Source of the DNA: an uncultured SAR86 cluster bacterium
Lineage (GTDB): Bacteria; Pseudomonadota; Gammaproteobacteria; Magnimaribacterales; D2472
Assembly (NCBI GenBank): GCA_902551185.1
Contig: CACDCN010000001.1
Span: forward strand, 69,049-127,501
Reading direction: 5' to 3'
DNA length: 58,453 bases
In this document: piece after piece, positions 36,156-46,614 of the stretch
Numbering within the stretch: the first letter of the stretch is position 1
Layout of the letters: every line of letters begins with the position of its first letter
Made by a program: the position numbers and the translations under genes
Notes under the pieces: generated by a model
What the model saw: only the letters and a program-made list of their open reading frames with translations
Told to the model about the DNA's origin: nothing
Databases searched by the model: none

Positions 36156-37661
36156 CTATATATCTAAATTGTAATTTCCAACATATTCATCCATCTCTTC
36201 TTTTGAATTTATTGGAATTTTATTTAATTCGTTTAATGATAACTCCGCTTCTTTTTTTATACTATTAATATTTGTACTTGTATCTGATTTTAAGGTTTCT
36301 AGATTAATTTTTGCTTTCTCAAGTCCTTTTTGGTGATGAGTCTGATTTGTAACCTCTCCTTTTAGACAGTTCTTTACATAGTTAATCGAATCTAAAAATC
36401 CTTCACTTTCATTAAAGAAATTTGCCACCTCTTTTAATTCTTTAAATATTTTCTCTTTTGCAGCACTGATGTTTATTTTCCCCCCATCAATAAACACTTC
36501 TGTATTTTCATTCCTTCCACCATATATAGTTGCTTGATCATTTTTATCTATAAGATCTTTTTCTTCAGATGAAATTTTAGGACTGTCTTTAATAAGGCAG
36601 TATATAAGAACAAGATCAAGAAACCTCATATGGTGTTTTGAGATACCTGTAATGTCATGAGGTGATAAATCGATCCCTCTTATTTCTAAATATTCTATAC
36701 CAAAATTTTTTAACAATTCATATGGCCTCATATTATTAGATGCTGATCTTTTAGGCCTTATAGAGTCATAGTACTCATTTTCAATTTGAATAATGCCTGA
36801 AGAAATTTGCTGATAATTTTCTTCTGCATCTCTTAAACCTCTATCTTCAAATTCTGGATATGGAATGGTAATAGCATCTTTAATCTTTTTAAGAAAACTC
36901 TCTAATGAGTTGTATTTAATATCAAGATTACGCTGTGCTTTACTTTGATAGCCTATCTCACTCATCCTTAAAGAAGTTGCATCTTTAAGATACATATCTT
37001 CATTATTTAATTTTTCAAGATTGTGTTTTCTTCCATTTATAAATGATTTATCCACAATATTTGTTTGCCCAAACTCAGACAATATAAACCAAAAAATTCT
37101 TTTGAAATTTCTTACAAGACCAAGATACGCTTTATTTATATTTTCTTGATCATTCGATTGAGTAAAGATAGATAAAGACTCTGGTTTTATCGAAAAATTA
37201 TAGTGCATTCCAGAAACACATTGCATCGTAGGCCCATATCTAACTTTTAAACCTCTTCTATAGACATGTTTAAGTAAACCAATATTACTTTGGTGATAAT
37301 AACCAAGATTTATATCTGATTCATTTTCTATTTTCGGCGGCATAGAGAAAGGCCAAAGCATTTCATCATCTTCGATATTTTGAGCTACAAAAACATGAAG
37401 TGAATAAAGAAAATTGTAAAGACTGTCTATATTTTCAAAAACTGGAGTAACTAGTTCTAACTGAGCTTCAGCAAAATCTGTGGTAATAAATTTATTTGTA
37501 AGCGCGGAACCAAGTGATTCTGGATGAGGGCTTTTAGAAATATAACCATCTGAATCTACTCTAAAGAATTCTTTCTCTATCCCTCTCCTTATTACTAATG
37601 TATTAAAAAACCCATCATTTTTTAATTTGGTTAGTTTATTTGTTAATGATTCATTAGTCAT
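36156..37661 (-). CDS. gshA: Glutamate--cysteine ligase
   Basis: [50 protein letters not shown]. Confidence 0.93.
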   Translation of the reverse strand: MTNESLTNKLTKLKNDGFFNTLVIRRGIEKEFFRVDSDGYISKSPHPESLGSALTNKFITTDFAEAQLELVTPVFENIDSLYNFLYSLHVFVAQNIEDDEMLWPFSMPPKIENESDINLGYYHQSNIGLLKHVYRRGLKVRYGPTMQCVSGMHYNFSIKPESLSIFTQSNDQENINKAYLGLVRNFKRIFWFILSEFGQTNIVDKSFINGRKHNLEKLNNEDMYLKDATSLRMSEIGYQSKAQRNLDIKYNSLESFLKKIKDAITIPYPEFEDRGLRDAEENYQQISSGIIQIENEYYDSIRPKRSASNNMRPYELLKNFGIEYLEIRGIDLSPHDITGISKHHMRFLDLVLIYCLIKDSPKISSEEKDLIDKNDQATIYGGRNENTEVFIDGGKINISAAKEKIFKELKEVANFFNESEGFLDSINYVKNCLKGEVTNQTHHQKGLEKAKINLETLKSDTSTNINSIKKEAELSLNELNKIPINSKEEMDEYVGNYNLDI

Positions 37662-39198
37662 CAAATCCTGGACCGGCTGACACTATTTCAGGTTGTACAT
37701 TATATTTTTTAAAGTTCTCTTGGAATTGCGAGACTAAATCTTTTAATTGTTTTTGATATTCTTCTTTATCATTCCAGTTATTAATTGGATTTAATAATTT
37801 TGAATCAACCCCACGAACTAACAAAGGTACTTCTAGGTTCAGACCAGGTATGTTCTCTGTTTCTACTTCATGCAGCTCTCCATCTTGAATCGCATTTACT
37901 ATTCTTCTTGTCACAGGAATATCAAATCTAGAACCAACCCCATAAGGTCCTCCTGTCCAACCAGTATTTACAAGGAACACCTTAGAACCAAACTCTTCAA
38001 TACGCTTAATAAGAAGATCGGCATATACATTTGCCGGTCTTGGAAAAAATGGGGCTCCAAAGCATGTAGAGAACGTTGATTGAATAGGGGCTCCAGCCCC
38101 TCTTTCAGTAGAGCCAAGTTTTGCAGTATAACCACTTAAAAAGTGATAAGCTGCACTTTTTCTAGATAAGATTGATACTGGCGGCATCACTCCAGTTAAA
38201 TCACAAGTTAAGAAAATAATAGTTTTTGGTTCACCGGCAGCATTTTCTTTAATAGCATTTTCGATATGCGATCTAGGGTAACAACATCTTCCATTCTCAG
38301 AAATAGAAATATTAGAGTAATCTGGTTCGTTGTTATCATTTAGATATACATTCTCAATTACACTTCCATGTTTAATAGCTTTATAAATTACTGGTTCGTT
38401 TTCTTCTGATAAATTTACTGTCTTTGCATAACATCCGCCTTCAAAATTAAAAACAGAACCTTTGCTCCAGCCATGCTCGTCATCTCCTATAAGAGAACAT
38501 TTAGTATCAGCTGAGAGTGTTGTTTTGCCTGTTCCAGATAATCCGAAAAATAAAGTTACATTATTATTTTTATTTATATTTGCTGAGCAATGCATAGGCA
38601 AAACATCTTTGTCAGTTAGTAAGAAATTTTGAACTGAGAACATAGATTTTTTTAATTCACCTGCATATTTCATGCCTGCAATTATTACCTTTCTCTCAGA
38701 AAAATTAATAACGATGCAACTCTCTGAATTCGTGCCATCTTCTTCAGGAACACATTCAAAGTTTGCTGCACTCAGTATCTCCCATTTTATTTTATTAAGA
38801 GGATTAAAATCATCAGTACATATGAAAATTAATCTAGCGAACAATGAATGCCATGCTGTTTCAGTAGTAACTTTGACTGGTAAATAATGTTCTGGATGTG
38901 CGCCTACATGGACATCTGAAGTATAACTATTCCCTTTAGATAAATAAGATTCAACCTTATCCCAAAGACTATTGAATCTTTCTCTATCAAAAGGTTTATT
39001 TATTTCACCCCATTCAATTAAATCTTCCGTATGTGCCTCTTTTACTATAAATCTATCGTTTGGGCTTCTTGACGACCTTTCTCCAGTATTCGTAGAAAAT
39101 GCACCATTACTTGCAATAATACCTTCTTTATTTGCAACAGCGGCATCAATTAGTTGTTCAGTGCTCAAATTGAGAGGTTCTTGTGTTTGAGTATTCAT
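37654..39198 (-). CDS. pckA: Phosphoenolpyruvate carboxykinase (ATP)
   Basis: [45 protein letters not shown]. Confidence 0.97.
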   Translation of the reverse strand: MNTQTQEPLNLSTEQLIDAAVANKEGIIASNGAFSTNTGERSSRSPNDRFIVKEAHTEDLIEWGEINKPFDRERFNSLWDKVESYLSKGNSYTSDVHVGAHPEHYLPVKVTTETAWHSLFARLIFICTDDFNPLNKIKWEILSAANFECVPEEDGTNSESCIVINFSERKVIIAGMKYAGELKKSMFSVQNFLLTDKDVLPMHCSANINKNNNVTLFFGLSGTGKTTLSADTKCSLIGDDEHGWSKGSVFNFEGGCYAKTVNLSEENEPVIYKAIKHGSVIENVYLNDNNEPDYSNISISENGRCCYPRSHIENAIKENAAGEPKTIIFLTCDLTGVMPPVSILSRKSAAYHFLSGYTAKLGSTERGAGAPIQSTFSTCFGAPFFPRPANVYADLLIKRIEEFGSKVFLVNTGWTGGPYGVGSRFDIPVTRRIVNAIQDGELHEVETENIPGLNLEVPLLVRGVDSKLLNPINNWNDKEEYQKQLKDLVSQFQENFKKYNVQPEIVSAGPGFDD

Positions 39199-39387
39199 AT
39201 TTAACTAACAAATATTATAGGTACTTGGGGGAGATAATTATATATGTAGAGGAAATAATTATGTACCTATAATATTAGCCTTGTTAGCAATTAATTAAAT
39301 TAACATGTAGTGTAGTAAAATTTATTTGCTAAAAAAAGTCAATATTTAAACAAAATGCTTATTTTATAACGATTAAAAGCTATTATT

Positions 39388-39406
39388 TTTGTAGTTTTGC
39401 TACAAA
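39388..39406. promoter_or_regulatory. Palindromic HexR-like operator TTTGTAG-TTTTG-CTACAAA upstream of pckA
   Basis: Matches TGTAR-N5-YTACA; ~190 bp upstream of the pckA start. Confidence 0.5.
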
Positions 39407-39417
39407 TTTATAGCTTT

Positions 39418-39924
39418 TTAGCTATTTTTTAATTTAAATATAGTGCAAATTAGAAACACTAAAAAGAATATAAGACCCCATTCTGCAAAATTAAATACAA
39501 ACCTCCACCCATCTTCTGCACAACTAGGTCCGCCTGCAAGAGTTTTCTTTATAGCCTCTATAATTCCAAAGTATTCAACTTGAGTATTAAAAGGCATTCC
39601 GCAGCCAGAAAGTTGAGAAATATCCTCAATCGACATGTTTTGGATATAAATTTGTCTAGTTGTTACCAAGAGACCGATAAGAGATGAAATCATTATTAGC
39701 AATTGGCCAATAATAGGTTTCTTCAAAAGAATTCCAATAATTGCAGATAAAGCAATTAAACCAAAAACATACCTTGTTAATATACACATTGGGCATGCTT
39801 GCAGATAAAGAAACTTATCCATGACAACTGCTATCAAAATAATCATTATTGCTGAAATAGCTACAGCTAACTCAAAGTACATTTGATATATATGCTTAAT
39901 AAATTCTGAAATATTTTTATACAT
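39418..39924 (-). CDS. dsbB: Disulfide bond formation protein DsbB
   Basis: ACPMCILTR, second periplasmic Cys pair (GCG...SCA), 4 TMs. Confidence 0.88.
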   Translation of the reverse strand: MYKNISEFIKHIYQMYFELAVAISAIMIILIAVVMDKFLYLQACPMCILTRYVFGLIALSAIIGILLKKPIIGQLLIMISSLIGLLVTTRQIYIQNMSIEDISQLSGCGMPFNTQVEYFGIIEAIKKTLAGGPSCAEDGWRFVFNFAEWGLIFFLVFLICTIFKLKNS

Positions 39925-39987
39925 TTTTATCTAATTTTTTCCATTATAGAAAAACAAGGGTCATAATACATTATATAAAAGTGAAAC

Positions 39988-42660
39988 ATGAAAGATAGAA
40001 TTTTTGTAATAGATGGATCCTCATATCTTTATAGAGCCTTCCATGCAATGCCTCCTTTAAGTACCTCCTCAGGTAAGCCAACCGGCGCTGTTAAAGGTGT
40101 TACAAACATGCTTATTAATTTAAAAAAAGAAAGTGAAGGTTCGCCAATAATTGTTGTATTTGATGCGAAAGGCAAAACTTTTAGAAATGATATTTATAAA
40201 GAATACAAAGCAAACCGACCGCCAATGCCTGACGAACTTAGAGAGCAACTTGAACCAGTCAAATCAATATGTAGAGCAATAGGATTTCCATTAATAGAAA
40301 TTAGTGGAGTAGAGGCTGATGATGTTATTGCAACTATTGCACGCATGGCAAAAGATGCTAAATATAAATGTGTTATCTCTTCTTTAGATAAAGATCTTAT
40401 GCAGTTAGTTGAAGATCCTGATACAACTATGATGAATACAATGAAGCATATTATTTTTAATGAAGAAAAAGTATTTGAAAAATTTGGAGTGAAGCCTAAT
40501 CAAGTCAGAGACATGCTTGCTCTTACTGGAGATTCTTCAGATAACATCCCAGGTGTTCCTAAGGTTGGCCAAAAAACTGCTGCAAAGTGGTTGAATGAAT
40601 ATGGTGATCTAGAAGGGATCAAAAAAAATGCAGAATCAATAACAGGAGTTGTTGGTGAAAATCTAAGAAATTGTTTAAATGATCTCGATAGAAATGTTGA
40701 ATTAGTATCATTAAAAGAAGATGTAGATCTAAATATTGATTTCACAGATTTATTAAAACTTTCACCTAATGATGAAGAGTTAGAGAAAATTTTTACAGAA
40801 TTAGAATTTAAAGCACTTGATAAAAGCAAACAAGAGGAAGCACCCAAGAAGGATTCTAAATACAAAACAATATTAAGCGAAAAGGATTTAAAAAAGTGGA
40901 TTAATAAAATTAATAAATCAAAAGTATTTGCTCTTGATACCGAAACTGATTCAGTAAATACAGTTTCAGCAAATTTAATTGGGATTTCTATTTCAGTTTC
41001 TGAGAATGAGGGGTGTTATATCCCAATAGGACATTCTTATGATGGATGTCCGGAACAATTAAAAATGGACCATGTAGTAAAAACATTTGGTCCAGCAATA
41101 GAACAAAATCAAAAAAAGATAGTAGGACAGAATCTCAAATTTGATATCCCAATACTTTCTAGACATGGAATTAATATCACAGAATTTTGTGCTGACACAA
41201 TGTTAATGTCTTATGTCTTAAACAGCACGGCCACTCGCCATGGAATGGATAGGCTCGCGGATTATTATTTAAATTACACTACAACAAAATATTCAGATGT
41301 TACCGGAACAGCATCAAAACAAATTAGTTTTTCTGAAGTAAAACTAGAAGTTGCAACTGACTATGCATCTGAAGATGCTGATATAACTCTAAGATTGTAT
41401 AACGTACTAGCGCCGATGCTAAAAGACAAACCAACTCAAGAAAAGTTACTTCATGATATTGAATACCCTTTAGTTAATGTTCTTGCGAGGGTGGAACAAA
41501 ACGGAGCAAAAATAGATAAGAACAAATTATCAAAGCATTCTAAAGAGTTAAGTAAGAAAATTAATGAGCTTTCATCTCAAGCTTTTAAAATCGCTGGTGA
41601 AGAATTTAATTTAGATTCACCAAAACAATTGCTTGAAATACTTTATGAGAAACAAGGGTTACCAGTTCTAAAGAAAACACCAAAAGGACAACCTTCAACT
41701 AATGAAGATACTTTACAACGACTTTCTGAAGAATATGAGTTGCCAAAAATTATCTTGCAATACAGGACATTGGCAAAACTAAAATCGACTTATACTGACA
41801 GCCTAATAAATATAGAGAATCCTAAAACTGAGAGAATTCATACCTCCTACCAGCAAGCAGTGACCTCTACTGGAAGATTGTCATCTACGGAACCTAATTT
41901 ACAAAATATTCCAATTAAAACAGCTGAAGGAAGAAGAATTAGAGAGGCTTTTGTCCCAGAAAAAGGCAATGTTTTAATTTCAGCCGATTATTCTCAAATT
42001 GAATTAAGAATAATGGCTCACTTATCGAAAGATAAAAATTTAACCCATGCATTTAATAATGATATAGATGTTCATTCATCAACAGCAGCTGAAGTTTTTG
42101 GTATTTCAATAGACGATGTAACTCAAGACCAAAGAAGGAGTGCCAAAGCAATTAACTTTGGGCTGATGTATGGTATGTCTGCTTTTGGCCTAACAAGACA
42201 ACTAGGTATCTCAAGGGGAGAAGCTCAAGAATATTTGGACACCTATTTTGCTAGATATACAGGCGTTAGGGATTATATGGATAACATAAAAGCCCAAGCA
42301 AAAGAAGATAAATATGTAGAAACAATTATGGGAAGAAGGCTTTATTTAAAAGAAATTAATGCAGCCAATGCAAGATTAAGACAAGGGGCAGAAAGAGCTG
42401 CTATTAATGCACCACTTCAAGGATCAGCAGCAGATATTATTAAAAAAGCTATGTTAGATATTGATAATCTTATTATAAATAAAATGTCTGATGTGAAAAT
42501 GATTATGCAAGTTCATGATGAATTAGTATTCGAGTGTCCAAAAAATAATGCTGATACTGTCATGGAGAAAATGAAAGACACTATGGAGCAAACAGTAAAG
42601 CTTAATATTCCTTTAATAGCTGAAGCCGCTATTGGATTAAATTGGAATGAAGCTCACTAA
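39988..42660 (+). CDS. polA: DNA polymerase I
   Basis: 5'-3' exo DGSSYLYRAFH, 3'-5' exo DTET, polymerase motifs ADYSQIELR, AKAINFG, QVHDE. Confidence 0.98.
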   Translation: MKDRIFVIDGSSYLYRAFHAMPPLSTSSGKPTGAVKGVTNMLINLKKESEGSPIIVVFDAKGKTFRNDIYKEYKANRPPMPDELREQLEPVKSICRAIGFPLIEISGVEADDVIATIARMAKDAKYKCVISSLDKDLMQLVEDPDTTMMNTMKHIIFNEEKVFEKFGVKPNQVRDMLALTGDSSDNIPGVPKVGQKTAAKWLNEYGDLEGIKKNAESITGVVGENLRNCLNDLDRNVELVSLKEDVDLNIDFTDLLKLSPNDEELEKIFTELEFKALDKSKQEEAPKKDSKYKTILSEKDLKKWINKINKSKVFALDTETDSVNTVSANLIGISISVSENEGCYIPIGHSYDGCPEQLKMDHVVKTFGPAIEQNQKKIVGQNLKFDIPILSRHGINITEFCADTMLMSYVLNSTATRHGMDRLADYYLNYTTTKYSDVTGTASKQISFSEVKLEVATDYASEDADITLRLYNVLAPMLKDKPTQEKLLHDIEYPLVNVLARVEQNGAKIDKNKLSKHSKELSKKINELSSQAFKIAGEEFNLDSPKQLLEILYEKQGLPVLKKTPKGQPSTNEDTLQRLSEEYELPKIILQYRTLAKLKSTYTDSLINIENPKTERIHTSYQQAVTSTGRLSSTEPNLQNIPIKTAEGRRIREAFVPEKGNVLISADYSQIELRIMAHLSKDKNLTHAFNNDIDVHSSTAAEVFGISIDDVTQDQRRSAKAINFGLMYGMSAFGLTRQLGISRGEAQEYLDTYFARYTGVRDYMDNIKAQAKEDKYVETIMGRRLYLKEINAANARLRQGAERAAINAPLQGSAADIIKKAMLDIDNLIINKMSDVKMIMQVHDELVFECPKNNADTVMEKMKDTMEQTVKLNIPLIAEAAIGLNWNEAH

Positions 42661-43160
42661 CTTGATCTTTCTAGTGGAATATATTTTCTTTCTTCAGGTA
42701 AAAGAATTTTAATACCATGCTCTTCTCTCAAATCTGAAATTTTCATACAGAGATACTCTTCTGGCATTTTAAAAGGCCATTTCTTATTCATTTTAAAAGT
42801 CCTAAAAATTACCTTTCTTTTTATTCCTCCAAGTTTCCAGAAAACCTTCAGAAAGCCTCTGATGCCAAACTCTTTGTGTAGGTCTTTATATAGTTGCTGT
42901 ATTTCAGGAAGTTTCTGATACTTAAGTATATATTTCCATTGAAATTTACTCCCCCAAAGAACCCAAGTATCAAGAATAGACTCTTGCTCTATAGAGGTAT
43001 CAAGCCCAAAAATAACATGTGTACAATCATGATCTCTTAAAAGAGTTCCAGACTCCTTATTGTCTGCCATGATTTCAGTTGTTTCAGGAAAATTTTTGTA
43101 GTAACAATCTAAACCCTCTTGAAGTGTTAAATCACAATCTTGTTTTTGATACTCGTACAT
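42657..43160 (-). CDS. Hypothetical protein with Coq4-like metal motif HDxxH-x11-E
   Basis: HDCTHVIFGLDTSIEQE. Confidence 0.55.
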   Translation of the reverse strand: MYEYQKQDCDLTLQEGLDCYYKNFPETTEIMADNKESGTLLRDHDCTHVIFGLDTSIEQESILDTWVLWGSKFQWKYILKYQKLPEIQQLYKDLHKEFGIRGFLKVFWKLGGIKRKVIFRTFKMNKKWPFKMPEEYLCMKISDLREEHGIKILLPEERKYIPLERSS

Positions 43161-43741
43161 TACTTAACAAAGTTTAGTATTTTTTTAGAGAGGCTGTCAA
43201 AACCATCTTTATCTTTTGAAGACACTGCAATAGGAGTTGATTCAGGAATTTTTCCTTTAACGAAAGATATAGCTTTAGCGATATTATTGTTTGACAGTTT
43301 GTCGCTTTTTGTAAGTGCTGGGATGAAAGGGACATTAAAATTTCTACATAAGTGGATCATTTCCCAATCACTTTCTTTAAGAGGATGACGGATATCCATA
43401 AATATAACTACAGCAGTTAAAGCTCTTCGTTTCTGAAAATATTCACCTAGTAGAGGGCTCCAGTCTTTCTTTTTTGCCTTACTGGATTTTGCAAAACCAT
43501 ATCCAGGAAGGTCTAACAGCATAAGATCTTCATTTACTTTAAAAAAGTTAATTTCTGTTGTTCTGCCGGGAGTTTTACTTATTCTTGCTAGTTTTGGATT
43601 ATCAGTTAGTACATTAAGTGCGCTAGATTTTCCAGCATTAGACCTGCCTGCAAGCAGAATTTCGCTTCCAGCATCATCTGGTAGATTTTTATAGTTTGTT
43701 ACACCAAAAACAAACTCAGTTTTTTTAAAAAGGTTTTTCAT
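43160..43741 (-). CDS. engB: Ribosome biogenesis GTPase EngB/YihA
   Basis: GRSNAGKSS, SKTPGRT, DLPGYG, TKSDK. Confidence 0.96.
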   Translation of the reverse strand: MKNLFKKTEFVFGVTNYKNLPDDAGSEILLAGRSNAGKSSALNVLTDNPKLARISKTPGRTTEINFFKVNEDLMLLDLPGYGFAKSSKAKKKDWSPLLGEYFQKRRALTAVVIFMDIRHPLKESDWEMIHLCRNFNVPFIPALTKSDKLSNNNIAKAISFVKGKIPESTPIAVSSKDKDGFDSLSKKILNFVK

Positions 43742-43809
43742 TTAATCGTTTATATCATATCAACCTATGTTTATAATACACACCAACAAGACACACATTT
43801 TAGTTTTCA

Positions 43810-44475
43810 ATGAAGTATTCTTTATTATTTTTTGCACTACTAGGCCTTTCAGTTGGTTTGGGTGCAGCTGATGATAAATCCAAAGGAATACAAATGCCAG
43901 AAACTTTCATATCAGGCGATCCTGATAAAGGGTCTGCGTTAGTTGAATCTTGTGTTGCTTGTCATGGTGTTGATGGAAATAGTATTAGTACAGATTGGCC
44001 CAAGCTTGCTGGACAAAATCAAAAATATTTACTTGAAGAACTAAAACATTTTAGAGATGGAGAGAGAAATAATGTTTTAATGATGGCGGTAATCCCATAC
44101 TTGCAAACATTAAGTGATCAAGATTTATTAGATATAGCTGCTTTTTATTCCAAATATAATACTAATGTGGGGCAGGCCAAAAATGACGAGGAATTACTTG
44201 CATTAGGGACTCAATTATATAGATTTGGTGATATTAAAAAACAGATACCAGCTTGTACATCTTGTCATGCAGTTTATGGTCAAGGCAATAGACTTGCTGG
44301 ATATCCCGTTATAGCTGGACAGCAAATCGGCTACTTAACTTCTACTTTAAAAGCTTATAGATCAAAAGAAAGAAATGCTGGAGAATCTTCTTTAGTAATG
44401 CAAGCAATCGCAGAAAATTTAAGTGATTATGAAATCGATGCTTTAGCAAATTATATGCACGGATTATACGAATGA
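43810..44475 (+). CDS. Diheme cytochrome c4
   Basis: Signal peptide, CVACH and CTSCH, PKLAGQ; engB-c4-dsbA synteny. Confidence 0.92.
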   Translation: MKYSLLFFALLGLSVGLGAADDKSKGIQMPETFISGDPDKGSALVESCVACHGVDGNSISTDWPKLAGQNQKYLLEELKHFRDGERNNVLMMAVIPYLQTLSDQDLLDIAAFYSKYNTNVGQAKNDEELLALGTQLYRFGDIKKQIPACTSCHAVYGQGNRLAGYPVIAGQQIGYLTSTLKAYRSKERNAGESSLVMQAIAENLSDYEIDALANYMHGLYE

Positions 44476-45095
44476 GGAATTTTATGAAAACTAGTTACAA
44501 ATTTTTACTTTTATTTATTTTTACAGTTTCAATGCAAGCAGAATATAGGCTTGGAGTAGATTATGTTTTAATAGATAATCCATTGCCTGTTAAAAGAGAT
44601 GGCGTCGTAGAGGTTACAGAATCTTTTTGGTATGGCTGTGGAGCATGTTATTCATTTGAATCTTCAATTAATGCCTGGGCTGCAAAACAGGATGATGACG
44701 TAAAACTAACTAAGATGCCTATAACATGGGGGGCGATTCATCAACTCCATGCATCTCTTTACTATACAATTGAGGCATTAAAATTAGATCCTTCTACTCA
44801 TTCCGCAGTTTTTGTAACGATTCATAAAGAGGGAAATTTTTTACAAAATACCAAAGCAATACAAAACTTTTTAGAAAAATTTGGAGTAGCACCAGAATTA
44901 TCTGAACAGTATTTAAATTCATTTGCGGTAAAACAAAGAGTTAACAGGGGAATAAAATATGCACGACAGTTAAAGGTCGCAGCTGTTCCTCAAATGATAG
45001 TTGATGGAAAATATATGATTCAAAACAAAGGCTCTTTTTCAGACATGCTTAAAGTTGTTGATCATGTTGTTGAGCTTCAAAAACCAAATAGTTAG
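44472..45095 (+). CDS. dsbA: Thiol:disulfide interchange protein DsbA
   Basis: Signal peptide, FWYGCGACY active site, cis-Pro loop AVP, VDGKY. Confidence 0.88.
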   Translation: MRNFMKTSYKFLLLFIFTVSMQAEYRLGVDYVLIDNPLPVKRDGVVEVTESFWYGCGACYSFESSINAWAAKQDDDVKLTKMPITWGAIHQLHASLYYTIEALKLDPSTHSAVFVTIHKEGNFLQNTKAIQNFLEKFGVAPELSEQYLNSFAVKQRVNRGIKYARQLKVAAVPQMIVDGKYMIQNKGSFSDMLKVVDHVVELQKPNS

Positions 45096-45102
45096 ATTAA
45101 TT

Positions 45103-45690
45103 ATGAAGAACAAAATCCTTTTAATAATTCTTCCGCTATGTTTCTTATTGCTTTTTAATGGCAAGAAATACGATGAAGCTGTAAAAGATAGATTAAATCT
45201 GCCTGTTAAATTATGTCTTGAAGGTGAAGATTGTGGAACTAGCTCCAAAGCTAGCGAACCAACTATGGTTGCTCAAGTTGCTGTCGAAAAGGTAGAACTT
45301 TCTGAAGGTTCAGAGCATACCATAAAGATGCTTAATTCTGGGGAAGGTGGACAGATGATATTTGAACCTGCTGTAATAAAAGTCTCTAAAGGAGATACTA
45401 TTCATTTTAAATTAGTAGACCCAGCACATAATTCGGCATCTATTGATGGAATGATACCTGCAGGAGCTAATTCATGGGCCGGAGAACTTAATCGAGATAT
45501 TAGCGTAACCTTAGATACGGAAGGTGTTTATGTTTATCAGTGTGATCCTCATGTCATGATGGCTATGATTGGAGTTATTCAAGTAGGCGAAGCTGTAAAT
45601 ATGAATCAAATTAAAGAAGCTTCTAAAAATTTAAAACCTTCATTTATAATGAATGCAGAAAGAATAGATACATATTTAAGTCAGCTTTAA
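45103..45690 (+). CDS. Pseudoazurin-type blue copper protein with a cytochrome c5-like N-terminal leader
   Basis: KMLN...MIFEP...GDTIHF...HN...MIPAGA...GVYVYQCDPHVMMAM (type-1 Cu ligands H, C, H, M); N-terminal hydrophobic segment then DRLNLPVKLCLEGEDC. Confidence 0.85.
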   Translation: MKNKILLIILPLCFLLLFNGKKYDEAVKDRLNLPVKLCLEGEDCGTSSKASEPTMVAQVAVEKVELSEGSEHTIKMLNSGEGGQMIFEPAVIKVSKGDTIHFKLVDPAHNSASIDGMIPAGANSWAGELNRDISVTLDTEGVYVYQCDPHVMMAMIGVIQVGEAVNMNQIKEASKNLKPSFIMNAERIDTYLSQL

Positions 45691-45917
45691 TCTTTTTCTA
45701 ATTCTGAGAGTCTATCTTCTAGATCATTGATTATTCTCTCAAGATTTTTATATTTTGATTTTTTAATATAGCCACTTTGTTCAATAAGGTTTTCAATTTC
45801 AGGCGATATTTTTTCTTCAATATTTGAAATGATATCTTTGGGAATTAATTTACTGAAACTTTTTAATTCTTTTTCAATGATGCTTTTAATAGCTTCTGAT
45901 AAATCTTTATCACTCAT
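45687..45917 (-). CDS. Small coiled-coil protein, possibly UbiK/BMFP-like
   Basis: 76 aa; C-terminal LEDRLSELE heptads resemble UbiK LEQRISELE. Confidence 0.45.
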   Translation of the reverse strand: MSDKDLSEAIKSIIEKELKSFSKLIPKDIISNIEEKISPEIENLIEQSGYIKKSKYKNLERIINDLEDRLSELEKD

Positions 45918-46614
45918 ATTTGTTCTCTATTATTTTCGGTAATACATCCCAAGATTTAAATTCATCAGGTTTAGGAAAATCTTGAGACCATTTTTCATTA
46001 TTATTATTAAACCATAATGTGTCTATACCAAGATTATAAGCGCCTAAAATATCATTTATCTGATGATCTCCAATATGAAGTATTTGATCAAAACTTATAT
46101 CATCAACGAACTCTATAGCTTTATCAAAATGAGCACGATTTGGTTTGCTATCTCTTGCCTCTAAAGAACTAATTGCAAATTTAAAGTATTTACCAATTTT
46201 AAATTTATACACGTCAGCATTACCATTAGTTAATATTCCTAACACATATTTTTTTGATAAAGAATCTAGAGCCTCTTCAACCCCATCAAATAATTCGATT
46301 TCATGCCTTTTATTAATAAATATATTAAATGCCTCGTCTACAATTTCATCTCTCAGATTAGATGGAGTTATATGGCTGATTTTTTTTCTAAAAATCTCTT
46401 TTCTTAATTTGCTTATATCCCATTCGATGCTTGCGTCTTCTTTTATAAGCTCTTCTCTTAGAGAAAGGAAGTCATTGAAATCTCCCCATTGAACTTCACC
46501 AACTTTATCTTCTATCCATTTTCTAGTATCAATCTCAGCTTTTAAAATAGTAGGCCGGTTATCCCAAAGAGTATCATCTAGATCGAAGGTTATCATTTTG
46601 ATCTTTTTACTCAT
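45910..46614 (-). CDS. HAD-superfamily hydrolase (YigB-like)
   Basis: FDLDDTLWD, TNGN, KP, HIGD...D motifs; xerC operon context. Confidence 0.88.
   Translation of the reverse strand: MSKKIKMITFDLDDTLWDNRPTILKAEIDTRKWIEDKVGEVQWGDFNDFLSLREELIKEDASIEWDISKLRKEIFRKKISHITPSNLRDEIVDEAFNIFINKRHEIELFDGVEEALDSLSKKYVLGILTNGNADVYKFKIGKYFKFAISSLEARDSKPNRAHFDKAIEFVDDISFDQILHIGDHQINDILGAYNLGIDTLWFNNNNEKWSQDFPKPDEFKSWDVLPKIIENKYE

Noticed and set aside
39955-39985. dif-like CATAA...TTAT sequence upstream of polA
   Set aside because: Spacer is 4 bp rather than 6 and the XerD arm matches poorly; more likely overlapping -10 elements of the divergent dsbB/polA promoters
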